Origin: Alkalilimnicola ehrlichii MLHE-1 | GTDB lineage: Bacteria; Pseudomonadota; Gammaproteobacteria; Nitrococcales; Halorhodospiraceae | Direction of reading: 5' to 3' | Assembly: GCF_000014785.1 (NCBI RefSeq) | Contig: NC_008340.1 | Coordinates: forward strand, 840,001 to 872,000 | Length of the DNA stretch: 32,000 bases | In this document: piece after piece, positions 1 through 8,180 of the stretch | How positions within the stretch are numbered: the stretch's first letter is position 1 | Layout of the letters: each line of letters begins with the position of its first letter | Program-made: the position numbers and the translations under genes | The notes under the pieces: generated by a model | The model's input: only the letters and a program-made list of their open reading frames with translations | Databases searched by the model: none | Told to the model about the DNA's origin: nothing

Positions 1-58
1 CCGCGCCGGTGATCATCCATATCGGGTGGTGGCCGGTCCGGCCTTGCCGGTGGTGCGA

Positions 59-724
59 TCAGTGCTCCTCCACCGGCAGGCCCGCCGCCCGCCATTCCGG
101 GTAGCCGTCGGCCAGGCGCCGGGCCTGCAGCCCGTGTTCGCGCAGCACCCGCACCGCCTTGTGGGCGAGGGCGCAGTAGGGGCCGCGACAGTAGGCGACG
201 ACCTCGCGATCCGGCGGGAGGTCGCGCAACCGGCGCTCCAGCTCCGCGGCGGGGATGTTGATGGCCCCCGGCAGGTGCCCGGTCCGGTACTCCTGCTCGG
301 GCCTGACGTCGAGCAGGGTTACCAGGCCGTCACGAAGGCGCGCGGTGAGGTCGTCGGCGTGGATCGCCTCCAACGTCTGTGACCCCTCGAAGTAGCTCTC
401 GAGCAACTGCTGCATCTCCACGATATTGTGTTCCGCCACCCCACGTAATGCCGCCAGCAGGCCGACCACGTTGTCGTCGGTGATGCGGTAGTGGACGTAC
501 TTTCCCTCCCGCCGTGGCCGGACCAGGCCGGCCCGGCGCAGATGTTGGAGGTGTTGCGACACCGTGGCCACCGGCAGCCGGGTGAGCTCGGTCAGTGCCT
601 CCACGGTGCGTTCGCCCTGGGCCACGTACTCCAGCAGCTCCAGGCGGTAGGGGTGCCCCAGGGCCTTGCCCAGGGTGGCCAGCTGTTCGAGGAGGTCGCG
701 CTTTTCTGGGCGGATACGGGACAT
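59..724 (-). CDS. ArsR/SmtB-family transcriptional regulator fused to a C-terminal rhodanese (sulfurtransferase) domain
   Basis: From ORF 59..787 (-). I place the start at the internal ATG (722-724), giving MSRIRPEKRDLL. The N-terminal half has the ArsR winged-helix signature (LGHPYRLELLEYV...TVEALTELTRLPVATVSQHLQHLRRAGLV...GKYVHYRI). The C-terminal half is a single rhodanese domain (LLDVRPEQEYRTGHLPGAINIP) with the active-site Cys loop VVAYCRGPYCALA. Confidence 0.85.
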   Translation of the reverse strand: MSRIRPEKRDLLEQLATLGKALGHPYRLELLEYVAQGERTVEALTELTRLPVATVSQHLQHLRRAGLVRPRREGKYVHYRITDDNVVGLLAALRGVAEHNIVEMQQLLESYFEGSQTLEAIHADDLTARLRDGLVTLLDVRPEQEYRTGHLPGAINIPAAELERRLRDLPPDREVVAYCRGPYCALAHKAVRVLREHGLQARRLADGYPEWRAAGLPVEEH

Positions 725-785
725 GGGGGCTCTCACGGGTGGTGTTCGGCGTGTGGGATCGCATACGCTGGCATTATTATAATAC

Positions 786-802
786 ATTCCAGAATATGAA
801 AT
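786..802. promoter_or_regulatory. Candidate operator: imperfect inverted repeat ATTCCA-N5-TGAAAT
   Basis: It lies in the only AT-rich patch (ttattataatacattccagaatatgaaatac) of the 257-bp divergent intergenic region 725..981, between the ArsR-rhodanese gene and the rubredoxin-reductase gene. The arms match 5 of 6 positions. Function is inferred from position only. Confidence 0.25.
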
Positions 803-981
803 ACAGATGCCGGCGGCGCCGCTTGCCCGTCATTAACGGGGTCGGCTCATCAGCACCGCATCGACATCATGCGCGCGATGCGTGAGACTCAGGGGCGCGT
901 CAACCGCTATTTGGGCAAGCATTTTGGGCCGCTGGGTGAGGAGCTGGAGCGCCTCGGGGCCACCTGACCGAGGGAGGAGCC

Positions 982-2391
982 ATGGGCAGACCCTACCGAC
1001 GCTACCTGTGCCGCGTCTGCGGTTATATCTACGACGAGGCCAAGGGCGATCCTGACGGGAGTCTGCCTCCCGGCACCCGCTTCGAGGACATCCCGGATGA
1101 CTGGGAATGCCCCGACTGCGGGATGCGCAAGGTCGAGTTGGATCTCCTTGAGGAGGGCGACGACGGCGGGGGCAGCCCCAAGATCCGCACGGGGTCGGCG
1201 CGCCCACAGGATCCGGGGCCGGGTCAGGACCCGCACCCGGTGGTTATTGTCGGGGCCGGTATGGCTGGTTGGGCGGTGGCGGAGGGGGTGCGGGCCCAGG
1301 ACGAGGGCCGCGCCATCACCCTCGTGACCCAATGTAACGGGGACGTCTATTACAAGCCCCAGCTGTCGGCGGCGGCCGCGCGTGGGCGGGGCCCGGATGA
1401 GCTCATTCAGGCGACCGGCGAGGACAAGGCCCGGGCCCTGGGGGTGAATCTGCTGGCCCGTACCCGGGCGTTGCGCATCGACACCGACCGGCGCCGCCTG
1501 ATCACGCCGCGTGGCGGTATCCCCTTCGGTGACCTGGTCCTGGCCTGCGGCGCCCGCCAGCCCCGCCCGAGGCTGGCGGGGGACGCGGCCGGCGACGTGC
1601 TGCAGGTGAACGACCTGGCCGATTACCGGCGGCTCCGTGAACGGGTGGATGTCCACGACTCGGCACGGGTCTTTATCCTCGGTGCCGGGCTGATTGGCTG
1701 CGAGTTCGCAGAGGACCTCTCCGGCGCCGGCCATGCGGTGACTCTGGTGGACATCGCCGAGCGGCCGCTGGCGCGGCTGCTGCCCGTGCCCCTGAGCGCG
1801 GACCTGGCATTGGCGCTGGATGACAAGGGCGTGGCGCTGCACATGGGCCGGACCGTGGACGCGGTGGACCGGGCCGCGGATGGGGGCTATCGGGTGATGC
1901 TGGACGATGGTGGGGTCGTGGCCGCGGACGTGGTGGTCAGTGCCCTGGGCCTGATCCCAAACACCTATCTGGCGACCCGGGCCGGGCTGTCGGTGGGGCA
2001 GGGGATCCAAGTGGACGGTCAATTACGGACCAGCGACCCGGGGATACGGGCGCTGGGTGACTGCAGCGAGCACACCGGCCACCTGCTGCCCTATGTGCAG
2101 CCGCTGAAGGCCCAGGCGCAGGTGATCGCCGCCTGCCTGGCAGGCGAGCGCGACCACTACACCCCGGAGCCCGGCACGGTGCGCATCAAGACGCCCTCCT
2201 GCCGGTTGGCGGTCTGGACGCCGTGGCAGGAGGGCGTCTGGCGCGAGGAGGCGCACGATGAGCAGGGCCGCACCCTGGTGCACTACAGCGGCGAGGCCGT
2301 CACCGGCTTTGCCTTGTCCGGCCGCCATGTGCGCCAGGCCCCGAAGCTCGAGCGACAGGTTCAGGCCGGCCGCGACCGGGGTGTGGCCTGA
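982..2391 (+). CDS. Rubredoxin domain fused to an FAD/NAD(P)H-dependent rubredoxin-reductase-like oxidoreductase
   Basis: A GGGAGGAG Shine-Dalgarno sits at 972-979. The N-terminal ~55 aa is a canonical rubredoxin with two CxxC knuckles ([12 protein letters not shown]...[12 protein letters not shown]). A Gly/Pro/Asp-rich linker follows, then a two-dinucleotide-fold flavoprotein with GxGxxG twice ([12 protein letters not shown] and [14 protein letters not shown]). Confidence 0.85.
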   Translation: MGRPYRRYLCRVCGYIYDEAKGDPDGSLPPGTRFEDIPDDWECPDCGMRKVELDLLEEGDDGGGSPKIRTGSARPQDPGPGQDPHPVVIVGAGMAGWAVAEGVRAQDEGRAITLVTQCNGDVYYKPQLSAAAARGRGPDELIQATGEDKARALGVNLLARTRALRIDTDRRRLITPRGGIPFGDLVLACGARQPRPRLAGDAAGDVLQVNDLADYRRLRERVDVHDSARVFILGAGLIGCEFAEDLSGAGHAVTLVDIAERPLARLLPVPLSADLALALDDKGVALHMGRTVDAVDRAADGGYRVMLDDGGVVAADVVVSALGLIPNTYLATRAGLSVGQGIQVDGQLRTSDPGIRALGDCSEHTGHLLPYVQPLKAQAQVIAACLAGERDHYTPEPGTVRIKTPSCRLAVWTPWQEGVWREEAHDEQGRTLVHYSGEAVTGFALSGRHVRQAPKLERQVQAGRDRGVA

Positions 2392-3347
2392 TCCCGGCCG
2401 ACGATGGCCTGCAGCGGAGCCAGCAGGACCTCGGCCCCGAACAGCACCCGGCCGTCGCGGAGCAGGCCCAGGCAGCGATGGCGGTGCTGCTCCGGCGCAC
2501 GCCCGTGCAGCCCCCCGCCCGGGGTAAGCACCTCCGGCTCATCCACCAGGATGTGCAGCCGGTCGTTGCTGCGCAGCACCCGCGCCAGGGCCTGGTCGAC
2601 ACTGATGTGGTGGGCGGTGTAGACCATGGGGTCGGCGTAGAAGTTGAAGCCGATGCTGTCGGCCCGTTCCAGCAGCGCACAGGAGATCAGCGAGGCGGGC
2701 ACCATGTCCGGGAAGTTGATCCGGTGTTCGATCTCGTCAAAGTACCAGGCCTGATCCCCCAGTGAGGCGGAGATCAGGTTCTTGGCGTTACCGTTCATCA
2801 GGTACTTGCGCTTGAGAAACCAGCCGCTGTCGGCCAGCGGGCGGCGGTCGGGGGCGTGGTTCAATTGCCCGGGGCTGGCGCCCACCAGGTCGAGCCCGCT
2901 CCGGGCCACCGAGCATTGTGGCGTGGCGCTGTCGCGGATGGTGCCCATCAGGGCCAGGCCCCCACTTTTGCGGAGGAGCACCCGGTTGGTCCGGATGGGC
3001 CGGCCCGCCTCATCCTGGCTCTCCCGGGTGGGTTTCACCTCCGGGGTGAAGGCCTCGCCCGGACGGAGCACGTCGGCGAACGTGAACTGATAATTGCGAA
3101 AGCCGGACGTGGGGGTGGGGTACCCCTCCTCCGCGCGCAGTCGCGTGACCCGGTACTCCATCAGGCACTCCATCTGGAAGCCCAGGGCGATGGGGCCCGC
3201 GAAGGGGTTGCCGCGGATCAGGCGCCATTTGCGGCTGTCGTGGAACGGGTTGAAGTCATCGCTGGCGTTGCGCGCCACGTCGATGTGGATCTGCTCGAAG
3301 CGATAGGGCTCCGGCGGGGCGGTGATCTCCAGGGCGGCACTGGCCAT
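2361..3347 (-). CDS. MaoC-like (hot-dog fold) dehydratase-family protein, function unknown
   Basis: 328-aa ORF starting at ATG 3345-3347. It has an N-terminal hydratase-like motif, SDDFNPFHD (D-x-N-P-x-H-x-D pattern of MaoC/(R)-hydratase folds). Its size fits a double hot-dog. Its 3' end overlaps the convergent 982..2391 gene by 31 nt, so one of the two C-termini may be mis-set. Confidence 0.55.
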   Translation of the reverse strand: MASAALEITAPPEPYRFEQIHIDVARNASDDFNPFHDSRKWRLIRGNPFAGPIALGFQMECLMEYRVTRLRAEEGYPTPTSGFRNYQFTFADVLRPGEAFTPEVKPTRESQDEAGRPIRTNRVLLRKSGGLALMGTIRDSATPQCSVARSGLDLVGASPGQLNHAPDRRPLADSGWFLKRKYLMNGNAKNLISASLGDQAWYFDEIEHRINFPDMVPASLISCALLERADSIGFNFYADPMVYTAHHISVDQALARVLRSNDRLHILVDEPEVLTPGGGLHGRAPEQHRHRCLGLLRDGRVLFGAEVLLAPLQAIVGRDQATPRSRPA

Positions 3348-3444
3348 AGGCGGTTCCCTTCATCGGCGCGGGCAGCTCCCGTGGGCCACCCCATGGACTT
3401 TAGACCAGTCTAAAGGAATAGTCCGGTCGTGGGGCAATCGCGCC

Positions 3445-5601
3445 CTACATCGGCGCTGCCAGTCGGAACTCGCCCCGCTCGCCTTGTTTAACGACGTACA
3501 TGGACTGGTCGGCCAGGCGCAGCAGGGTGTCGGGCTCCGTGCCGTGATCGGGGTAGAGGCTAATGCCCACACTGGCGCTCAACCGGCACTCAATGCCATC
3601 CACCACCACCGGCTGGGAGGCCGTCGCCACCACCTTATGGGCCACGGCCTCGGCGTCCCGGGCGGTGGTGATGTGCTGTAACAGCAGCACGAACTCATCA
3701 CCCCCCAGGCGCGCCACGGTATCGGAGCCCCGCACCAGGCGCTCCAATCGTCGCGCCATTTCACAGAGCACTTGGTCGCCAAAGGCGTGGCCGTGACGGT
3801 CGTTGACCGGCTTGAAGTGGTCCAGGTCGACGAACAGCAGGGCCACCCGCTGCTGTTGACGGCGGGCGAGCTCGATGGCCTGGTGCAGGCGGTCCTGCAG
3901 CAGCCGCCGATTGGCCAGTCCGGTGAGGTTGTCATGCAGCGCCAAGTGGCGGATGCGCTCTTCGGCCTGCTTGCGCTCGGTGATGTTGTAGGCCAGCCAG
4001 ACCACCGCCGGGTGTTCATGCACATCGGCGGGCAGCGGATAAATGCGCGCCTCGAACCACTGGGGTCCCTCCGGGCCCTGGTCGGCGTCGATGCCCTCCA
4101 CGTTCTGGGGGGCAAGGGTGTACTCGTAGGTGATCTGCCGGTTCTCGGCGATCGCACGGTGGATCTGTTGCAGGAAGCCGTCGGCCTGTTCTGGTGGCAG
4201 GACCTCGTGCAGGGTGCGGCCGCACAGGTGCGGTCCCTTATGGTACAGCGCACTCTCCTGGCCTCCGAAGACGTCCACGTAGAGGCCATGTTCGTCCAAT
4301 ACGAAGCCGATATCGGGGATGGCGTGGATGATGGCTTCGAGCTGACGGGAGACCCGGCGCAGGTCCAGCTCGGCCTGGCGGCGGCGGGTCTGGTCCTGGC
4401 CCACGCTGAGAATCTCCCGCACCCGGCCATCGGCACCACGCAGGGCGTGGTTGGACCACATCATCCAGAGGCGGGAGCCGTCCTTGCGCATGACCTCGTT
4501 CTCGTTCAGGGCATGGGCCTCGGGATCGCGCTGAATGGCTTGCATCAGGGCGGCCAGGTCCTGGCCGCTGGTGTCCTCGGGGGGCACCACGGTGCCGATG
4601 ACGTTGCGCCCGATCAGCTCGCCGTTGCGGTAGCCGAACAGCCGCTCGCCGTGGGCGTTGATAAAACGGATGCGGCCGTCGGCCCCCCAGCGCAGGACCA
4701 CGCCATTCACCCCCTGAACCAGTTCGCGGAAATGCTGTTCCGATGCCCGCAGGGTCAGTGACTGGCGAGTGAGTAGCCAGGTGATCATTGCGGCCCCGAG
4801 TGCTGCCGCCGCCCAGGTGATCGAGCGCCAGGCGGGCAAGGCACTCGCTACGGCCCAGCCCCCCTCGGGCGTGGCGGCGATCTGCCATTGATTGCCGACG
4901 AAGGAGACCGTTTGAACCACGGTGTCGTCATAGAAGAGCCGCTCGTCGCCGAGAAAGGTGGCGCCCTCCGCACCGAGGCCGTCATAGCCCCGGATGGCCA
5001 GCTCCAGGCGTTCGCGGGCCGTATCCACCCCGGCCCGTCGGTAAAGGTCCTCCAGGTTGACGGGCACGCTGGCCAGGCCCCAGTAGTCACCATTGGTATA
5101 GACCGGCGTCCGTACAATCAGGGCGGTGCCGCCCTGGACCAGCTCCACCGGTCCGCCAACGATCGTGCGTTTCTCGGCCATCACCCGCCGCACCGAGGGG
5201 CCTTGCTCCGGATGGGCCGCCAGGTCGGTGCCCAGGGCGGCTTCGTTGCCTTCGAGCGGGTAGGCGTGGGTGATGACATTGTCTGGCGCCAGGGTAATGT
5301 GGCGCAGGGCGCTGTCCGGTTCCAGGGCCTTGCGGGCCATCGTCCGGAAGCTGGCCTCGTCGATCTCGGGGTGGGCAGCCACGTAGTGGGCCAGGCCGGT
5401 GACCAGGTAGGCGTTGGCATTGAGCTCCCCCTCGAGCCGGGCCCGCAGCGCCGAGACCTCGGCGGTGACCTGGGCACGGACGCGCTCCAAGCTCCGCTGC
5501 TCGGCCAGGCGCTCCACCCACGCACCACCGGCAGCCACTACCCCACCAGCCAGCAGGGCGGCGGTCCAGGGCAGCAGCTTTCTCACGGGCAGGTTGGTCA
5601 T
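3445..5601 (-). CDS. Membrane sensor diguanylate cyclase (CHASE-like periplasmic domain, two PAS-like modules, GGDEF)
   Basis: 718 aa. There is an N-terminal TM helix (LLPWTAALLAGGVVAAGGAW). A CHASE-like segment follows (LAPDNVITHAYPLEGNEAALGTDL...GGPVELVQGGTALIVRTPVY), then a second TM helix and PAS-like repeats. The C-terminal GGDEF domain has an intact RLGGDEFVLLL and an RxxD I-site (RGSD) five residues upstream. No EAL domain is present. Confidence 0.9.
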   Translation of the reverse strand: MTNLPVRKLLPWTAALLAGGVVAAGGAWVERLAEQRSLERVRAQVTAEVSALRARLEGELNANAYLVTGLAHYVAAHPEIDEASFRTMARKALEPDSALRHITLAPDNVITHAYPLEGNEAALGTDLAAHPEQGPSVRRVMAEKRTIVGGPVELVQGGTALIVRTPVYTNGDYWGLASVPVNLEDLYRRAGVDTARERLELAIRGYDGLGAEGATFLGDERLFYDDTVVQTVSFVGNQWQIAATPEGGWAVASALPAWRSITWAAAALGAAMITWLLTRQSLTLRASEQHFRELVQGVNGVVLRWGADGRIRFINAHGERLFGYRNGELIGRNVIGTVVPPEDTSGQDLAALMQAIQRDPEAHALNENEVMRKDGSRLWMMWSNHALRGADGRVREILSVGQDQTRRRQAELDLRRVSRQLEAIIHAIPDIGFVLDEHGLYVDVFGGQESALYHKGPHLCGRTLHEVLPPEQADGFLQQIHRAIAENRQITYEYTLAPQNVEGIDADQGPEGPQWFEARIYPLPADVHEHPAVVWLAYNITERKQAEERIRHLALHDNLTGLANRRLLQDRLHQAIELARRQQQRVALLFVDLDHFKPVNDRHGHAFGDQVLCEMARRLERLVRGSDTVARLGGDEFVLLLQHITTARDAEAVAHKVVATASQPVVVDGIECRLSASVGISLYPDHGTEPDTLLRLADQSMYVVKQGERGEFRLAAPM

Positions 5602-5720
5602 GGGCCGGGTGGTTCCTGAGGCGGCGGAGCGGATGCCATTATCCGGTCAGGGCGTTATAACGGCGTATGTTAACGTCATAAGGGGTAGGGTTATAGCCAA
5701 GGCGGGTGGTACCCGCGGGG

Positions 5721-7208
5721 TCAGCGCCCCGTGTCGTAGGCCGGGCGCAGCGCCCCTGAGCCGGTTGCGTCATAGCAGGCCACCTGGTGCTTCCCAGCCC
5801 GCTTGGCCTGATACAGGGCCTGATCGGCCTGTTGGAGCAGACCGTCCACCGTCCGTGCCCCTTGGCGGATATGGGCGCAGCCCACGCTCATGCCCACATC
5901 GACGGTCACCGAGCGGCCTTCCTCCCCGAGCACAGTGATCGGGGCATCCACCTCCCGCATCAGACGCCGGCCCACGGCGTGCGCGGCGTCCAGATCCTCA
6001 CAGTCCTTCAGCAGCAGGACGAATTCATCGCCACCGTAGCGGGCGGCAAGGTCCCCCTCCTTGAGGCTGTGGCGCAGCCGGGCGGCGATCACGCGCAGTA
6101 CTTCATCCCCAGCGTGGTGGCCATGGCGGTCGTTGACCGGTTTGAAGGCATCGAGATCCATGAGCAGGACGGCGAAGGGCGCGCCTTGGCGCTGCCAACG
6201 CACCATCGCTTCACGCAGGGCCTGAAACAGGTGGTGGCGGTTGCTCAGGCCGGTGAGCATGTCGCGGTAGGCCAGCCGCTCCAGGTTGACGCGATGGGCC
6301 CGGTAGGCCACCGCCTCCTCCAGGTTGCGCTGGGCGTTGGCGATCAGCAGGGCCATCAGACCGAAGGCGAGGATGTGCGCGCCGGTGTTCCAGACCGGCA
6401 CCGCGTGCTCGGGCATGAGCTGGTTAATGGTCAATGCGCTTAGGGTCAGTAGCGACAGGGCCGTGCTGGCACCGGTCTCGCGCAGGAAGACGCTGGCCCA
6501 GAGGAGTAGCGGGAGGGCACCGTAGAACAGGGCCTCCACCGGGCTGCCGCGGCTGAGCTGATAACCCAGGATGAGGCCCACCGGCAGCAATAGGGCGCCG
6601 AGGACCATCAGGGCCTCCCGCCGCTGGCCGTGAAAGCGGGGCAGGCCGTGGGTCAGCCAGCTGTGGGCCAGGGGCACCACGCAAACGATGCCGAACACCA
6701 CGCTCAACCACCAGTTGCGGGCCATCAGCAGGTACTGCTCCGCCGGTGTGGTGCCGGTCAGCCACAGCCAGGTGGCGGCCAGCAGGGCGCCCCCGCCCGG
6801 CACCAGCAGCAGGCAGATCAGGGCGAAGCGGGCGGTGCCGGCGATGTCGAAGACCAGGAGGCGCCGGCGTCCCGGGCCGGCCAGCAGCCGGGCGGCGGCG
6901 GTGATCTCGGCGACCGCAATCAGCCCAAGGCCGGCGCTAACCAGGGCGGGGGCCTCTCCCAGGGACGGACTGACCAGCCAGTGGGTGGCGAGCAGGACCG
7001 GTACCAGCCAGTAGCCCCAGACCAGGACGGCGACCAGGCCGATCCCGCTGGCAAGCCAGATGGTGCTGATCTGCAGGGAGAGTTCGGCGATGAGCAGGCC
7101 GGCGGCCACTGCCAGGCCGTAGCTGAGGGCCACCACCCCCGCTACCCGCCACCGCGGCTGCCGCGTCAGCCAGTTGGGGTATCCCTGAGAGGGGTTGTGT
7201 ACTTCCAT
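5721..7208 (-). CDS. Polytopic-membrane diguanylate cyclase (GGDEF)
   Basis: From ORF 5721..7280 (-). I prefer the start at ATG 7206-7208 (MEVHNPSQ), which is preceded by GGAGG about 13 nt upstream. Roughly 300 aa of multiple hydrophobic helices precede a GGDEF domain (RYGGDEFVLLL). The I-site position reads KEGD, so the RxxD arginine is missing. Confidence 0.8.
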   Translation of the reverse strand: MEVHNPSQGYPNWLTRQPRWRVAGVVALSYGLAVAAGLLIAELSLQISTIWLASGIGLVAVLVWGYWLVPVLLATHWLVSPSLGEAPALVSAGLGLIAVAEITAAARLLAGPGRRRLLVFDIAGTARFALICLLLVPGGGALLAATWLWLTGTTPAEQYLLMARNWWLSVVFGIVCVVPLAHSWLTHGLPRFHGQRREALMVLGALLLPVGLILGYQLSRGSPVEALFYGALPLLLWASVFLRETGASTALSLLTLSALTINQLMPEHAVPVWNTGAHILAFGLMALLIANAQRNLEEAVAYRAHRVNLERLAYRDMLTGLSNRHHLFQALREAMVRWQRQGAPFAVLLMDLDAFKPVNDRHGHHAGDEVLRVIAARLRHSLKEGDLAARYGGDEFVLLLKDCEDLDAAHAVGRRLMREVDAPITVLGEEGRSVTVDVGMSVGCAHIRQGARTVDGLLQQADQALYQAKRAGKHQVACYDATGSGALRPAYDTGR

Positions 7209-7351
7209 GTTGTGGCGTCCACCTCCGGCATTCGCTGGGGGAACGGCGAACCGGTCCCTCAGGCGGGGGCGGGATCGCACCCCGAATGGAACGGATGTTG
7301 GCGAACATACTAGCAGGAAAGAATGGCCTTGCCCGCGGCGGGCAGGGCCAC

Positions 7352-7396
7352 TAAAAAGAAAACGGGCCAGTCACCAGGAGATCGGTGACTGGCCCG
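7352..7396 (-). terminator. Rho-independent terminator downstream of tRNA-Pro
   Basis: A 13-bp GC-rich stem (cgggccagtcacc / ggtgactggcccg, 7363-7375 and 7384-7396) with an 8-nt loop. On the minus strand it is followed by TTTTCTTTTTA (7352-7362). A shorter T-run on the plus strand could make it bidirectional. Confidence 0.7.
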
Positions 7397-7407
7397 TTTT
7401 CGGGGTC

Positions 7408-7484
7408 TGGTCGGGGTGGCAGGATTCGAACCTGCGACCACCTGCACCCCATGCAGGTGCGCTACCAGGCTGCGCTACACCCCG
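7408..7484 (-). tRNA. tRNA-Pro (anticodon GGG)
   Basis: The hand-folded cloverleaf is complete. Acceptor CGGGGTG/CACCCCG; D-arm GCGC-AGCCTGGTA-GCGC; anticodon arm CCTGC-AUGGGGU-GCAGG with GGG at positions 34-36. The variable loop is TGGTC, the T-arm is GCAGG-TTCGAAT-CCTGC, the discriminator is A, and CCA is encoded. Confidence 0.95.
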
Positions 7485-7498
7485 TTGCGAGAGCCGAG

Positions 7499-7527
7499 AT
7501 ACTACAACAGTCACCCCGTCCTTGCAA
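7499..7527 (-). promoter_or_regulatory. Sigma70-type promoter for tRNA-Pro
   Basis: On the minus strand: TTGCAA (7522-7527), a 17-nt spacer, then TAGTAT (7499-7504). A GC-rich discriminator (ctcggctc) follows, and the tRNA 5' end is about 14 nt downstream. Confidence 0.5.
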
Positions 7528-7539
7528 TTGCCGTTGGGC

Positions 7540-7896
7540 TCAGCGCTTGAGGATGTGGAGCACGCCCTCCAGCTCCACCCGGATCTGGCGAATGACCTGC
7601 TGGGTCTGGCTCACGTCCTCCTTGGCCCCCTCGCCGGAGAGCTTCTGCCGTGCACCGCCGATGGTGAAGCCCTCCTCGTAGAGCAGGGCGCGGATCTGGC
7701 GGATGACAATCACGTCCTGGCGCTGATAGTAGCGGCGGTTGCCCCGGCGTTTCACCGGCTTGAGCTGCGGGAACTCCTGCTCCCAGTACCGCAGCACGTG
7801 GGGTTTGACCGCACACAGCTCGCTGACCTCACCGATCGTGAAGTAGCGCTTGGCCGGTATCGGCGGCAGCTCAAGATTGTTTGACGTTTCCAGCAT
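7540..7896 (-). CDS. MerR-family transcriptional regulator (conserved ihfA-downstream type)
   Basis: 118 aa with a MerR HTH ([27 protein letters not shown]...[13 protein letters not shown]). Its start overlaps the ihfA 3' end by 26 nt. The order pheST-ihfA-MerR-tRNA-Pro is the one I recall from Pseudomonas-like genomes. Confidence 0.85.
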   Translation of the reverse strand: MLETSNNLELPPIPAKRYFTIGEVSELCAVKPHVLRYWEQEFPQLKPVKRRGNRRYYQRQDVIVIRQIRALLYEEGFTIGGARQKLSGEGAKEDVSQTQQVIRQIRVELEGVLHILKR

Positions 7897-8176
7897 AGGC
7901 CTCTACCCGGCTCTTGAGCTTTTGCCCGGGACGGAAGGTCACCACCCGCCGGGCGGAGATGGGTATCTCCTCGCCGGTCTTTGGGTTGCGGCCCGGGCGC
8001 TCGTTCTTGTCGCGCAGGTCGAAGTTGCCGAACCCCGAGAGTTTCACCGGCACGCCATCCTCCAGCGCCTGGCGGATCTCCTCAAAGAACGACTCGACCA
8101 GCTCCTTGGCCTCTCGTTTGTTCAGGCCTACCTCCTCGAAAAGACGTTCGGCCATGTCGGCCTTGGTCAGCGCCAT
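7871..8176 (-). CDS. ihfA: Integration host factor subunit alpha
   Basis: 101 aa: [38 protein letters not shown]...[41 protein letters not shown]. This is a textbook IHF-alpha/HU fold sequence, and the gene sits immediately after pheT. Confidence 0.95.
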   Translation of the reverse strand: MALTKADMAERLFEEVGLNKREAKELVESFFEEIRQALEDGVPVKLSGFGNFDLRDKNERPGRNPKTGEEIPISARRVVTFRPGQKLKSRVEAYAGNVKQS

Positions 8177-8180
8177 GCCG

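Noticed and set aside
787-981. Sigma54-type promoter upstream of the rubredoxin-reductase gene (GGCGGCGCCGCTTGC around 812-826)
   Set aside because: The GG-to-GC spacing is one nucleotide too long, and the flanking bases do not match TGGCAC/TTGC.
907-2022. 371-aa minus-strand ORF, and similar antisense or alternate-frame ORFs across the window (e.g. 15130..16173, 19661..20467, 21558..22391, 24560..25423, 25538..26452, 26621..27520)
   Set aside because: Each overlaps a gene with clear family signatures on the other strand or frame. Their translations are Arg/Pro/Gly/Ala-rich and low in complexity.
7208-7540. tRNA-Pro as an integration site for a genomic island
   Set aside because: No integrase, excisionase or transposase is present anywhere in the window. 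I did not spot a direct repeat of the tRNA 3' end by eye, but I cannot exclude one without a computational search.
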